From Octopus vulgaris (Eukaryota): 64,000 bases of DNA. A program made the position numbers and the translations under genes. Under the pieces are notes generated by a model that saw only the letters and a program-made list of their open reading frames with translations, did not search any database and was not told where the DNA came from. The stretch is from contig OX597817.1 in NCBI GenBank assembly GCA_951406725.2, positions 85,126,001 through 85,190,000 on the forward strand, read 5' to 3'. Below are positions 13,831 to 30,463 of this stretch, in pieces. Within the stretch, counting starts at the first letter, position 1; each line of letters begins with the position of its first letter.

Positions 13831-16800
13831 TCATCATCATCATCATCATCATCGTTTAACGTCCGCTTTCCGCGCTAGCACGGGTTGGACGGTTCGACCG
13901 GGTCTGGGAAGCCAGGGGCCGCTCCAGGCTCCAGTCTGAATCTGGCAGAGTTTCTACGGCTGGATGCCCTTCCTAACGCCAACCACTCCGTGAGTGGATT
14001 GGGTGCTTTTTACGTGCCACCTGCACAGGGGCCGGAGGGTCCGGCATCGGTCACGATAGGTTCGAGCTTTTAACGTGTCAGCGGCACGGGGGCAACGAGG
14101 TCCGGGGTACTTTGGGGATCGGGGTACTTTGGGGATCCAGGGTACTTTGGGGATCCAGGGTACTTAGAATGGGTAGGGGGTAAGTGGAATTGCTGCAGAA
14201 AGCAGCCCGGGTCTTTGTAGTCACAGCATATCTCCAGAGATCTCGGTCCTTCGCCATTGCCTCAGTGAGGCCCAATGCTCTGAGGTCATGCTTGACTACC
14301 TCATCCCATGTCTTCCTGGGTCTACCTCTCCCCCTGATACCTTCAACTGTTTGGGAGTGGCACTTCTTCACACATCTCTCTTCATCCATCCGCAGCACAT
14401 GACCATACCATCGCAAGCGTCGCTCTTGCACACCACATCTGATGCTTCTTATATCCAGCATTTCTCTCAGGATGCTTACACTCTGTCTTGCGTGCACACT
14501 GACACTACACATCCAGCGGATCATGCTAGCTTCATTTCTTTCAAGTCTACGCATGTCTTCTGCAGTCACAGCCCATGTTTCATTACCGTGGAGCATGGCA
14601 GTTCGCACACATGCATCATACAATCTACCTTTCGCTCTGAGGGAGAGACCTTTTGTTGCCAGTAGGGGTAGGAGCTTTCTGAACTTTGCCCAGGCTATTC
14701 GTATTCTAGTGGTGATACTCTCTGTGCATCCACCTCCGCTACTAACTTGGTCACCCAGGTAGCGGAAACTATCAACTACTTCTAGTTTCTCTCCCTGGAG
14801 TGTGATGGAATCTGTTTTCTGAGTGTCTGTTGTGCCTATTGTCCCTGTGCATCTGCCGCACATGAAAGCTATCTTATCTGTTAATTTCCCTTTAATGTTG
14901 CTGCACCTCTTATGTGTCCATAACTTACATTGGGTGCATCTTATGGAGTTTCTACCTGTACCTTTCCTACAGGTTGAGCAGGGCCACCTACCCGAGGGTG
15001 TGTGTGCTGAGTACCTCTTGCTGCTTACTAATACTTTGGTCTTTGCTACATTTATTCTAAGGCCCTTTGATTCCAACCCTTGCTTCCACACCCGAAATTT
15101 CTCTTCTAGTTCCGGTAGTGATTCTGCTATGAGAGCTAGGTCATCGGCATAGAGGAGCTCCCAGGGGCATCCCGTTTTGAATTCCTCTGTTATTGCCTGA
15201 AGGACTATGATGAATAAAAGGGGACTGAGGGCTGAGCCCTGGTGCACACCTACTTCTACCCGGAATTCTTCACTATATTCGTTGCCAATCCTAACCTTGC
15301 TGACAGCCTCTCTGTATAGAGCCTGTACAGCCCTTATTAGCCATTCTTCAATCTCCAGTTTCCGCATCGACCACCAGATAAGGGAACGGGGAACCCTGTC
15401 AAAGGCTTTCTCCAAGTCTACAAAAGCTATGTAGAGGGGTTTATCTTTAGCTAGGTACTTCTCCTGCAGTTGTCGGACCAGGAATATAGCATCAGTGGTG
15501 CTTCTACCTGGTACAAAACCGAACTGCATTTCATCTAAACAAATTCTCTCCCTAATGAGATTGGTTATGACCTTCTCTGAGACCTTCATCACCTGGTCCA
15601 ACAGTTTGATACCTCTGTAGTTATTTCTATCTAGAGCATCACCCTTACCCTTGTAGCAGTTGACTATGGTGCTGCTGCACCAGTCATTGGGTATGACTCC
15701 ATTGTGAACTACCTGGTTTACAATGCGGGTGACTATGGCATAGCCCACATAGCCAGCTGTTTTAAGCATCTCAGCAGTGATTCCTGATAGGCCAGGGGCT
15801 TTGCCTGGTTTCATATCCTTAATTGCCTTATCTACAAGGGAGCTGTCTATTCGGGTAGCTGGTCCCTCTACTGGGTCAACATTTGGCAGGCTCTCCTCCT
15901 CCCATTCATTCTCCTCATTCAGCAGTGTTTCATAATGGCTTCTCCAAGCCTCTTTCTTTTCACTAGGAGTAAAAGCAAGTGCCCCATCATCCATGTGGAC
16001 ACATTTCTCTCCTATAACATCGCTATTTTCTCTGACACACTGTCTGGCAATCCGAAATACTTCAGCTCTTTGATCCTCGCGACGCTGGACATTGGCAAAC
16101 TTCTTCTTTTCTGCTACATCTTTGGCAATGTATACCTGCCGCCCAGCCTCCCTTTTGGCTATCTGGTACAGTTCCCTGCTGCCCCCATCCTTCCAGGCTT
16201 TCCAGGCCCGTCTCTTTTCACAGATGGCTTTATCTACTGCACTATTCCATCACCACGTAATTCTAGGTCTGGAAGGGACTTTGCACCATCCACAGACTTG
16301 GTCTGTGGCACTCAGCAAGCTGTCCCGTAGGAATTCCCAGCTACCTTCTATGTCTGACGTCTGAAGCTCCTCCTCCCTCTCATCAAATTTCTTGATGAGT
16401 ATGTCCCTAAATTTCTGACCATGCGAAGGGTTCTTTAGCCTCCAAATCCTTCTTTTCTGGATTGGTTTGTTTCTTGGAGTCCTTCTGGCCTCAAGCTTAA
16501 AGTCACTGATGATTAGTCTATGCTGAGGGATACATTCTTCACCCGGGAGGGTCTTTGTATTCAAGAGCAACCCTGCATCCCGTTGTCTGGTGAGGATGAA
16601 GTCTATTTGGCTAGCGGAGTCTCCTGACTGATAAGTTATAAGGTGGCAGACTGGCTTCTTGAAGTTAGTGTTGCAGATTGAAAGGTTACATGCATCACAG
16701 AATTCCAGCAGTCTAGTTCCCTCATCATTTCTGGTGCCAATACCATAGCCACCATGTACCCCAGTGAAGATACCCGATTCCCGCCCAACATGCCCATTAA

Positions 16801-17515
16801 AATCTCCACCTACAAAGATGAGGTCCTTGTTACTAGTCTTTGAAGTAGCCTGCAGAAGGGTATCATAAAAGTTGTCCTTCTGATCATTTGGTAGTCCCGC
16901 TTGTGGGGCATAGGCTGAGATAATCATAGCTGTGCCACTCTGTAGGACCAACCTGAGCTTAAGCACTCTATCACAAACCCTGACAACCTCTATGACCTTA
17001 TCCACCCATTCCTCCGCAAGGAGAATGCCTACACCCCCTACACCTTCCGCGTTACCTTGCCAGTAGAGTTTGTACCTAAGTGCCTTGCCCGTGAGGACCC
17101 TAGCCGAAGCATCTCTCCATCTTACCTCTTGTATGCAGCATACATCAACCTGTCTTCTCTCTAGCATCTCTACAATCTCACTAGACTTGCCTGTCAATGT
17201 ACCAACATTGATAGTGCCAACTCTGAAAACTGGGAAGGAGATGTGGGGGACAGGGGGATTCGGCGCCTGAGAAGAGGAGGGTTGTTGTGGTGGTGATAGT
17301 TTTCGTGGTATTTTTCTTTTGATCTCTCTTCCAACCTGACCACGCCGTGGGCAGGAGCTGGTGTTAGCAGTGGACATTCGTTATCGTCACTGAGTAACGT
17401 AATTAGGTAGAGGAAAGAAATACAGATATTCTAGAGTTGAGTTGGGGAGTGGGGGGTCCAGTTGAGAAAGGTTTCACCAGTGAAAGAGAGGGAGAGATAG
17501 TAGAGGGTGCGGGTA
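13831..17515 (-). mobile_element. RTE-clade LINE, near full length
   Basis: About 140 bp of 5' leader, an APE+RT ORF, a 3' UTR with the ttggcgttaggaagggcatccagc motif, and a (GAT)n tail. Both ends lie in (TA)n. Confidence 0.95.
14078..17377 (-). pseudogene. RTE ORF (APE endonuclease, RT, PHD-type finger), 1099 codons with one premature TGA
   Basis: ORFs 16250-17377 and 14078-15994 are in the same frame. Manual translation of the gap shows only the TGA at 16250-16252, where the paralog at 29408-30538 reads ITWWWN. Confidence 0.9.
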
Positions 17516-19824
<2,309 letters not shown>

Positions 19825-22620
19825 TGATTGATTGATTGATTGATTCTAGTTTCAGCTTATGAGCTGTGGCCATGCTGGGGCACCGCCATTTGGTGTTGCT
19901 ACTTGGTTTCACTTCATGGAGGCTTTCTAGCAACTGCTATTTGGTGCATGAGAGAGTTCGATGCAGCTGCCCTCATCTGCCCCTCCTGCCGTGAAGTTGG
20001 TTCATCTGGGACACCTGACAGGAAGAGATCCAGCTTCATTTTAAAGACATCTGTATCCACCCCATGCAGGTCTCTCAGGTTCTTCGGGAGGATATTGAAG
20101 AGCTGTGGGCCTCGGAAGCCCAGGCTATCACAGTATCTTGTCCTACATCTTGATGGCAGGTTTGGAGTCCTAGGCACCACGCAGTGGCGCCCAGTTCTGG
20201 CATTTGCGTAACTCTCGATGCCAAAGTTCAGGACACTTCCCTCCAGGATCTTCCAGATGTATATTATGGCATATCTTTCCCGCCTACGCTCCAGGGAATA
20301 TAATTTTAATCTCTTGAGTCTTTCCCAGTAGCTTACATTCTGCATAGAGGCTATCTTCTTTGTGTAGCTTCGTTGGATCGCCTCAAGTTCTGTGATCAAC
20401 TTGACACTGGATGGTGACCATAGCTGAGAGCAATAGTCGAAGTGGCTTAGGACAAGTGTCTTCCAGAGGACCATCATGGTTTCTTGTTCTCTTGTTCTAA
20501 AGGTTCTAAGAATCCAGCCAGCCAGCCGTCTACATTTCATTGTCAGTTTAGCAACATGTACATGAAAGGTCGCGTCATCACTCATGTGAATACCCAGGTC
20601 ACGCACTGATTGTGCCTCTGGGATTGCAATCCCTCCGGGTCCAGTGTATTCATTGGGTATTGCATTCAGTTTTGCATGCTGATAGTATAAAGCTTGAAAC
20701 TTTCCAGCATTGAACTGCATGCTATTCTTTTCAGCCCACTTGTATATTTCGTCCAGCTCACATTGCAGGTGTTTAGTGTCCTCAGGGTTCTGTATTGCCT
20801 GTGAAACTTTTGTATCATCTGCATAACTTGTGATCGTGGCTCTCTGCGTGGCTGAGGGCATGTCTGAGAGGGCCATTATGAACAGTAGTGGTCCCAGAAC
20901 AGTGCCCTGCGGAACACCGCTCACTATTTGTGTGTTAATGGAGGTGGCCCCATTGGCTACTACCACCTGACTTCTATCCTTCAGAAAGTCATGAAGCCAT
21001 TCTCCCAGTTTTCCAACTATGTTGAGATCACGCAGTTTGTGACATATCATTCCATGATCGACTTTATCAAAGGCCTTTGCAAAGTCGAGATATATCACTT
21101 CCACATTTGAGTGGTTGAGCAGCCGTTTCAGCACCCAGTCATAGTGTTGTAGGAGCTGAGTTAAACAGCTTCTCCCTGGTCGGAAACCATGTTGGGTGTC
21201 GGGCAGCAAGTCATTCTCTTCAAGGAAGGTGATCAGCTTCCTTCTGACTATTCGTTCCATGACCTTGCTGATGTGTGAGGTCAGAGAGATAGGTCTATAG
21301 TTCTTGGCTTCCGCTCTGCTACCTCCTTTATGAATGGGGCATATTTTACCTTCCTTCAGTTTTCCTGGAAGTTTGCCAGCTGCAAGGAAGCTCTGAAAGA
21401 GGAACTGCAGTGGTCTTGCTAGGACTCTCTTACATGCTTTTAGGAGGATTGCCGGGAATCCATCGGGGCCAGTAGCTGAGTCTGTTTTCATTTCATCTAT
21501 AGCCTTGGTTACATCGTCTTCATTTATATCGATGTAATCTATCGTCGCCGCCTCTGATTTTATATCTGCAGTGGTAAAAAAGTCAGTTGGATTGGTGATT
21601 TGGAGATGCCCAAGGGGTGGAGTGAAAACACTCTTGAATTGCTCATTCAGTATTTCACTTACCCTCATTGGTTTTCCTGTAAGTGTGCCATCCTTTTCGA
21701 GGAGTGGCCCTATTCTACAGTGCACTGTAGCTGTTTCTTTGGCATACCTGTAGAAAGCTCTGGGGTTAGATTTTATGTTTTCTATAGCCCAGGCTTCTTT
21801 GTCTGCTCTTTCTTTTTCATGGGAGAGTTGCAGACATTTTTCGATTTCCAACAGTTTTATTTTTAGGCGGGACTTTTCACTGCTTTCAATCAGTTTGTTT
21901 AGGCGATTTGAAAATTTCGTACGCCGTCTCATTAAAATTTTCCTCTCTCTGGGGATTTTGTTCTTGTGTACAGTGGCCTTTCTCTCTGGGACACATTTGT
22001 AGCATATGGCTTGCATTACAGACATGAATTGTTGAAGTTTCACGTCGATGTCTGGCGAGGAGAGACATTCAGGCCAGTTTTGTTTGAGGATCTCTTTCTC
22101 AATTTGTTTCCAGTTTGCCTTATGGTAGTTCAAGCTGGAAAGATTTTGAGGGTTTCTTGTAGGCTGCATGTCCGTGCTCTCTTTTGGCCCGTACATGGTC
22201 AGCTCTACCACGTTGTGATCCGAGAGTAGTGTCGGTGTCACTTTCACATTATGGATGAGATCCATGTCATTTGTGAAGCAGAGATCCAGTGTGTTACCTG
22301 CCCTGGTTGGTTGGAGTATTACCTGCTCCATGTACAGGGTGTTGATGAGGTTCAGGAGGGACCTCGCCTGTCCTCGTTCACATCTTGTCATTCCTGGGAG
22401 AGAAAGGCCCTCGGGCCATCTGACATTGGGCAGATTGAAGTCTCCCATAAGAAGCACACCTATGTGTTGTTCTAATGTGGTTAGAATTTCTTCTATTTTT
22501 ATAAGGCAGTCTTCGAACTTGCCCACATGGCTTGGGGCATCTGGAGGGCGATATGTAGCACACACAACTACATCAAGTTGCCTAATATGTACAATTAGTG
22601 TGTCACACACCGAGTTTGAG
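19825..22620 (-). mobile_element. CR1-group LINE copy b, 5'-truncated
   Basis: Homologous to copy a but diverged; the 3' tail has a stem-loop followed by (ATCA)n. Confidence 0.92.
19914..22610 (-). CDS. CR1-group ORF2 (C-terminal part of APE plus RT), uninterrupted for 898 aa but lacking its N-terminus
   Basis: Motifs [32 protein letters not shown] and RRERY. The frame is open from the truncation point to the natural stop. Confidence 0.85.
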   Translation of the reverse strand: MCDTLIVHIRQLDVVVCATYRPPDAPSHVGKFEDCLIKIEEILTTLEQHIGVLLMGDFNLPNVRWPEGLSLPGMTRCERGQARSLLNLINTLYMEQVILQPTRAGNTLDLCFTNDMDLIHNVKVTPTLLSDHNVVELTMYGPKESTDMQPTRNPQNLSSLNYHKANWKQIEKEILKQNWPECLSSPDIDVKLQQFMSVMQAICYKCVPERKATVHKNKIPRERKILMRRRTKFSNRLNKLIESSEKSRLKIKLLEIEKCLQLSHEKERADKEAWAIENIKSNPRAFYRYAKETATVHCRIGPLLEKDGTLTGKPMRVSEILNEQFKSVFTPPLGHLQITNPTDFFTTADIKSEAATIDYIDINEDDVTKAIDEMKTDSATGPDGFPAILLKACKRVLARPLQFLFQSFLAAGKLPGKLKEGKICPIHKGGSRAEAKNYRPISLTSHISKVMERIVRRKLITFLEENDLLPDTQHGFRPGRSCLTQLLQHYDWVLKRLLNHSNVEVIYLDFAKAFDKVDHGMICHKLRDLNIVGKLGEWLHDFLKDRSQVVVANGATSINTQIVSGVPQGTVLGPLLFIMALSDMPSATQRATITSYADDTKVSQAIQNPEDTKHLQCELDEIYKWAEKNSMQFNAGKFQALYYQHAKLNAIPNEYTGPGGIAIPEAQSVRDLGIHMSDDATFHVHVAKLTMKCRRLAGWILRTFRTREQETMMVLWKTLVLSHFDYCSQLWSPSSVKLITELEAIQRSYTKKIASMQNVSYWERLKRLKLYSLERRRERYAIIYIWKILEGSVLNFGIESYANARTGRHCVVPRTPNLPSRCRTRYCDSLGFRGPQLFNILPKNLRDLHGVDTDVFKMKLDLFLSGVPDEPTSRQEGQMRAAASNSLMHQIAVARKPP

Positions 22621-25309
<2,689 letters not shown>

Positions 25310-25690
25310 CTTTTACTTTTTTCAGTCATTAGATTGTGGCCATGCTGGGCTACCACCTTGGACACTTTTTAGTTGAATCAATTGGCTCCAGTACTTTTTT
25401 TAAAGCCTGATACTTATTCTATCAATCACTTTCACCTAGCCTCTAAGTGAAGGGGTCATAAACACACTAACACTGGTCGTCAAGCAGTACTGGGAGACAA
25501 ACGCGCACGCGCGCACACACACACACTCACACTCACAATGGGCTTCTTTCGGTGTCTGTCAAATCCTGGTCACATGACTTTGGTTGGCCCAAGGATATAG
25601 TAGAAGACACTTGCCCAAACTGCCACACAATGGGACTGAACCCAAACCCTGTGGTTGAAACCAAGCTTCTTGCCACACAGCTATGCCTAT
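25310..25690 (-). mobile_element. SINE family A
   Basis: Matches 786-1170. Confidence 0.8.
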
Positions 25691-25734
25691 ATATGTATGT
25701 GTGTGTGTGTGTATATATATATATACATATATAT

Positions 25735-27240
25735 GAATCAAAAGGCTTAGTGTTAACTTAGCAAAGACCTAAGTCTTAATAAGGAGGAAACTAAACAAAT
25801 TATTAATCCCTTCTGGGGAAATGAACATGCTTCATACATAGAAAAGTATAGGTCAAATTCCAGGCACTGTACCCAGTGCAAGCAATGGACACAAAAGAGG
25901 TGCAGTGGAATCACAGAAAGGTTCAAAGAGAAAGTTGTCTCTGTGTGTAGCAGAAGTGCAGGAACAATGAACATGGAGAATACACATGAAATAGATTTCC
26001 TCAAATGCCCAGGAGGTTCCTTAGAGATAGTAGAGAGTTTCTGTTATAAGTGACCTAATTAGCAGTGGAAGAGAATGCTCTGAAAGTATAGTTGCTAGAA
26101 CTGGCTGGAAAAGGTATAGGGAGCTCTTACCATTGTTGGCAACAAAGAACCTCATCCTCAGAATGTAAGGCAGCTTGTATGATGCTTATATGTGAACAGC
26201 TATGCTACATGGAAGTGAAATACAGGATGTGAATGCTGAGGACATATGAAGGCTTGAAAGAAATGATGCTAGATGCTCCACTGGATGTACAATGTCAGTG
26301 TGCATGTATAACAAAGTGCAAATATGTTGAGAGAAAAACTGAGCATAAGAGGTATCAGATATAGTGTGCAAGGGAGAAGACTTTGGTATGGTCATGTAAT
26401 ACATATGGATGAGAATAGCTGCGTAAAGAAGTGCCAATTACTAAATGTGGATGTAACTTGTAAAAGAGGAAAACCCAGAAAGACATGGAATGAAATGGTA
26501 AAACATGACCTCCAGATGTTGAACCATGCAGAGGAGATGACATAGGACCAGGGCAATTGGCAATTTGCTGTGCTTGAAAAGACCCACCCATCCAATTAAA
26601 ACTGAGACCCTAAAGGCTTGTTATTTATGCCTATACCCTAGCACACAATCTGTCCCTGAGAGATCTCCCCTCACCCAACTCATCTTCCTAGCACCCCACT
26701 TCCTCCATCTGTGTTCATCATTTGTTGCATATCCCTCCCCTCCATTGCTGCTTTCCTTTTACACTTTTACAAACTGACCTGCCCATACACCCTAACCAAT
26801 CCTTTATACCATTTCACTCATATACTCCCTGTAACTTGAAGGGACGCCCCAACATGGCTTCATCACGATCTTCTCTAATCCTGTCTCTCTTTCTCCATTT
26901 CCAACTAGGGTGGCCATGTAACTCCTCTATAGCAAGACACCTACTTTTGCCTATCTATCATACTCTGACCTCTCATCTCCAAGCACAAATCCATCTCACT
27001 CAATACTATTCCCTTTTCAGTCGAGAGATCATGTTTTGCAAGTTACTTTGTTACTTTACTGGTGAGGTTGTTATGTAAAAGTCACCCTGTATACTCTGTA
27101 AAATCATTGGAATTAGGAAGGACATCCAGCTTTAGAAATTATGCCAAAGCAGACAGTAAGGCTTGGTGTAGTCTTCTGTCAAATTGTTCAATTTAAGCTA
27201 GCATTGAAGGCAAATATTAAATTAAATTAAATGATGATAT

Positions 27241-27271
<31 letters not shown>
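25735..27271 (+). mobile_element. Old RTE LINE 3' fragment
   Basis: Degenerate ESKGL, CTQCKQWT, RRLWYGHV and RGKPRKTW, ending in (GAT)n. Confidence 0.8.
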
Positions 27272-27311
<40 letters not shown>

Positions 27312-27314
<3 letters not shown>

Positions 27315-27833
27315 AAGGACAGATCAAAAAGTATTGGGGCTGGTACTATAGAAAGAAAACTACAACACATATAAAGTCAGCATTTAATTGCCTTCAAAGT
27401 AGTCCCCTTCTGAAACAACACACTTTATCCAGCATCATTTCCATTGATGGAAGCGGTCCTGGACTCCTTTTTTGGGGGGATAGCATGCAGCTGCCTCATC
27501 ACATTCTCTTGGTCTTCCCTGACTCTTGAAATTTTCTTACTTTCAAGTGGGATTTGACATTCAGAAAGATTCTTAGGCATAATAACCTTCAAGCGAAATC
27601 TCTTTTCATGCATGTATCTGCATACATATTTTCTTTGCCATGGTCACTGATGGAACCTCTGTGGTGTGGTGAGGAGAGCACAGTCTACACACTTTACTTT
27701 CAATCACTACTATAAACAACGTGAGTGATGCACAACAGAATTCAAAGTCAATTTGTGTCAAGCAGTTTGACTTTGTATGCTTAAGTTCTGTTGCTATAGC
27801 AACAGTCCTGATACTTTTTAATCAGACATCATA
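27312..27833 (-). mobile_element. Internally deleted mariner derivative (MITE-like)
   Basis: Imperfect TIRs tacaaggacagatcaaaaagtatt / gatactttttaatcagacatcata. The minus strand retains the transposase C-terminus WIKCVVSEGDYFEG. Confidence 0.7.
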
Positions 27834-27893
27834 CGTATGTGTTTGGGTGTGTATATCTATCTATCTGTTTGTCTGTCTGTATATACATATATA

Positions 27894-30421
27894 TCATCAT
27901 CATCATCATCATCATCATCGTTTAGCGTCTGTTTTCCATGCTAGCATGGGTTGGACGGTTCAACTGGGGTCTGTGAAGCCGGAAGGCTTCATCAGGCCTA
28001 GTCAGATCTGGCAGTGTTTCTACGGCTGGATGCCCTTCCTAACGCCAACCACTCCGTGAGTGTAGTGGTTGCTTTTTACGTGCCACCCGCACAGGTGGCA
28101 GACAGAGCTGGCAAATGGCCACGAACGGATGGTGCTTTTTGCATCATACAGTCTGCCTTTTACTCTGTGCGAGAGGCCTTTTGTCACCAGCAGAGGTAAG
28201 AGCTCTCTGAACTTTGCCCAAGCTATTCTTACTCTAGCAGTTACACTTTCAGCCCATCCGCCCCCGCTGCTGACTTGGTCACCTAGGTAACGGAAACTAT
28301 CAACTATTTCTAGTTTTTCTCCCTGGAAAGTGACGGAAGTTGGTCTCAGAGCATTTTCAGTGTTTATTGTTCCTGAGCATCTACCACATACAAAAACCAT
28401 CTTCCTAGTTAGCCTTCCTTTGACATTGCTGCACCTCTTATGTGTCCATAGCTTACACTTGGTGCATCTTATAGAATTCCTACCTACACCTTTTCTACAG
28501 ATCAAGCAGGGCCATCTACCTGAAGGCGTTTGTGATTTGTTTACCTTCCTACTGATTACGACTTTGGTTTTAGCTAGATTGACTCTAAGGCCCTTCGATT
28601 CTAATCCTTGTTTCCACACCTGAAACTTCTCCTCCAGTTCTGATAGTGACTCAGCAATTAGAGCAAGGTCATCAGCATAGAGGAGCTCCCAAGGGCATCA
28701 TGTCTTGAATTCCTCCGTTATTGCCTGGAGGACTATGATAAATAGGAGGGGGCTAAGGACTGAGCCTTGGTGGATCCCTACCTCTACCCGGAATTCTTCA
28801 CCTTACTAGCAGCGTCCCTATACATGGCCCGCACAGCTCTCACTAACCATTCATCTATCCCTAGTTTCCTCATTGACCACCAGATAATGGATTGGGGGAC
28901 CCTGTCGAAGGCTTTCTCCATGTCAACAAAAGCCAGGTACAGGGGCTTATCTTTGGCTAGGTATTTCTCCTGCAGCTGCCTTACCAGGAACATAGCATCA
29001 GTGGTACTTTTCCCTGGCACAAACCCAAACTGCATCTTATCTAAACTAACTCTCTCTCTAATTAGTTGGGCTATGACCCTCTCCGTAACCTTCATCACCT
29101 GATCCAACAGCTTGACACCTCTGTAATTATTTGTATCTAGGGCGTCACCTTTACCTTTGTAGCAGTTGACTATTATGTTGCTACACCAGTCATTGGGTAT
29201 GACTCCTTTGTGTATCACCTGATTAACTATACGGGGGACTAGGCTATAGCCGACACTACCAGACATTTTGAGCATCTCTGCAGTGATTCCTGATGGGCCT
29301 GGGGCTTTCCCTGTCTTCATGCTTCTAATTGCCTTAACTACCAAGGAACTATCAACTCGGATAGCTGGTCCCTCTGTTGGGTCAACATTCGGCAGACTCT
29401 CTTTATCTCATTCATTTTCTTTATTCAGCAACCTTTCATAGTGGCGTCTCCAAACCTCTCTCTTTGCATCCTCATTTAGCGCAAGTGAACCATCTTCCAT
29501 GTGAACACACTTCTCTCCTACCACATCACGATTCTCTCTCACACACTGTCTTGCAACGCGAAACACCTCCAGTCTTTGGTCCTCACGGCGCAGAACATTG
29601 GCAAATTTTTTCTTATCTGCTTCCCCTCTGGCTAAATAAACCTGTCTCCTAGCTTCTCTTTTGGCAGTCTGATACAATTCCCAGCTACCCCCATTTTTCC
29701 AGACCTTCCAAGCCTGTCTCTTTTCTCTAATAGCCCTGTCTACAATATTGTTCCACCACCATGTTATTCTAGGTCGAGAGGGGACTTTGCACCAGCCACA
29801 GATCTGGTCAGTGGCTCTCAGGTTGTCCCTTAGAAACGTCCAGTTGTCTTCTACCCCCTGTGATGCTCTATCCCCTTCTACTTCGTCAAAGGCTTCAAGT
29901 AATATGTCCCTAAATCTCTGTCCATTTGCAGGATCTTTAAGCTTCCAGATCCTTCTTCTCCATGTTGGTTGTCTTCTGGTTGTCCTCCTAGTCCTGATCC
30001 TAAAGTCACTAACTACCAGTCTATGTTGTGGGGTACATTCTTCGCCTGGGAAGGTTTTGGCATTTATAAGCAGCCATCTCTCCCTTTGCCTTGCAAGGAT
30101 GTAGTCAATTTGGCTGGTATGTTGACCCAAGCGGTAGGTGACTAGGTGGCTGGTAGGTTTCCTGAAGTTAGTGTTGCAAATCATAAGATTATTTGCATCG
30201 CAGAACTCCAGCAACCTGGTTCCCTCCTCGTTGTGGGAGCCATAACCATAGCCTCCATGTACGCCATGGAAGCCCCCAGCATGTCGTCCAACGTGACCAT
30301 TGAAGTCACCAGCTACAAAGAGAGGGTCTCTGTCATTCGTCAACGAGGTAGTCTGCAGTAGAGTGTCATAGAATCGGTCTTTCTGTCCATCGGGTAGCCC
30401 CGACTGAGGAGCATAGGCTGA
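27894..30421 (-). mobile_element. RTE LINE, 5'-truncated in APE, with internal deletions
   Basis: ORF pieces 29408-30421, 28784-29344 and 28020-28619. A deletion joins GRLYDA directly to the 3' UTR near 28140. The tail is (GAT)n. Confidence 0.92.
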
Positions 30422-30463
30422 TACACACACACACACACATACACACACACACAACACACATAT

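Noticed and set aside
17378-17515. HDV-like ribozyme at the RTE 5' end
   Set aside because: No nested double-pseudoknot pairing is recognisable, and the leader may be truncated.
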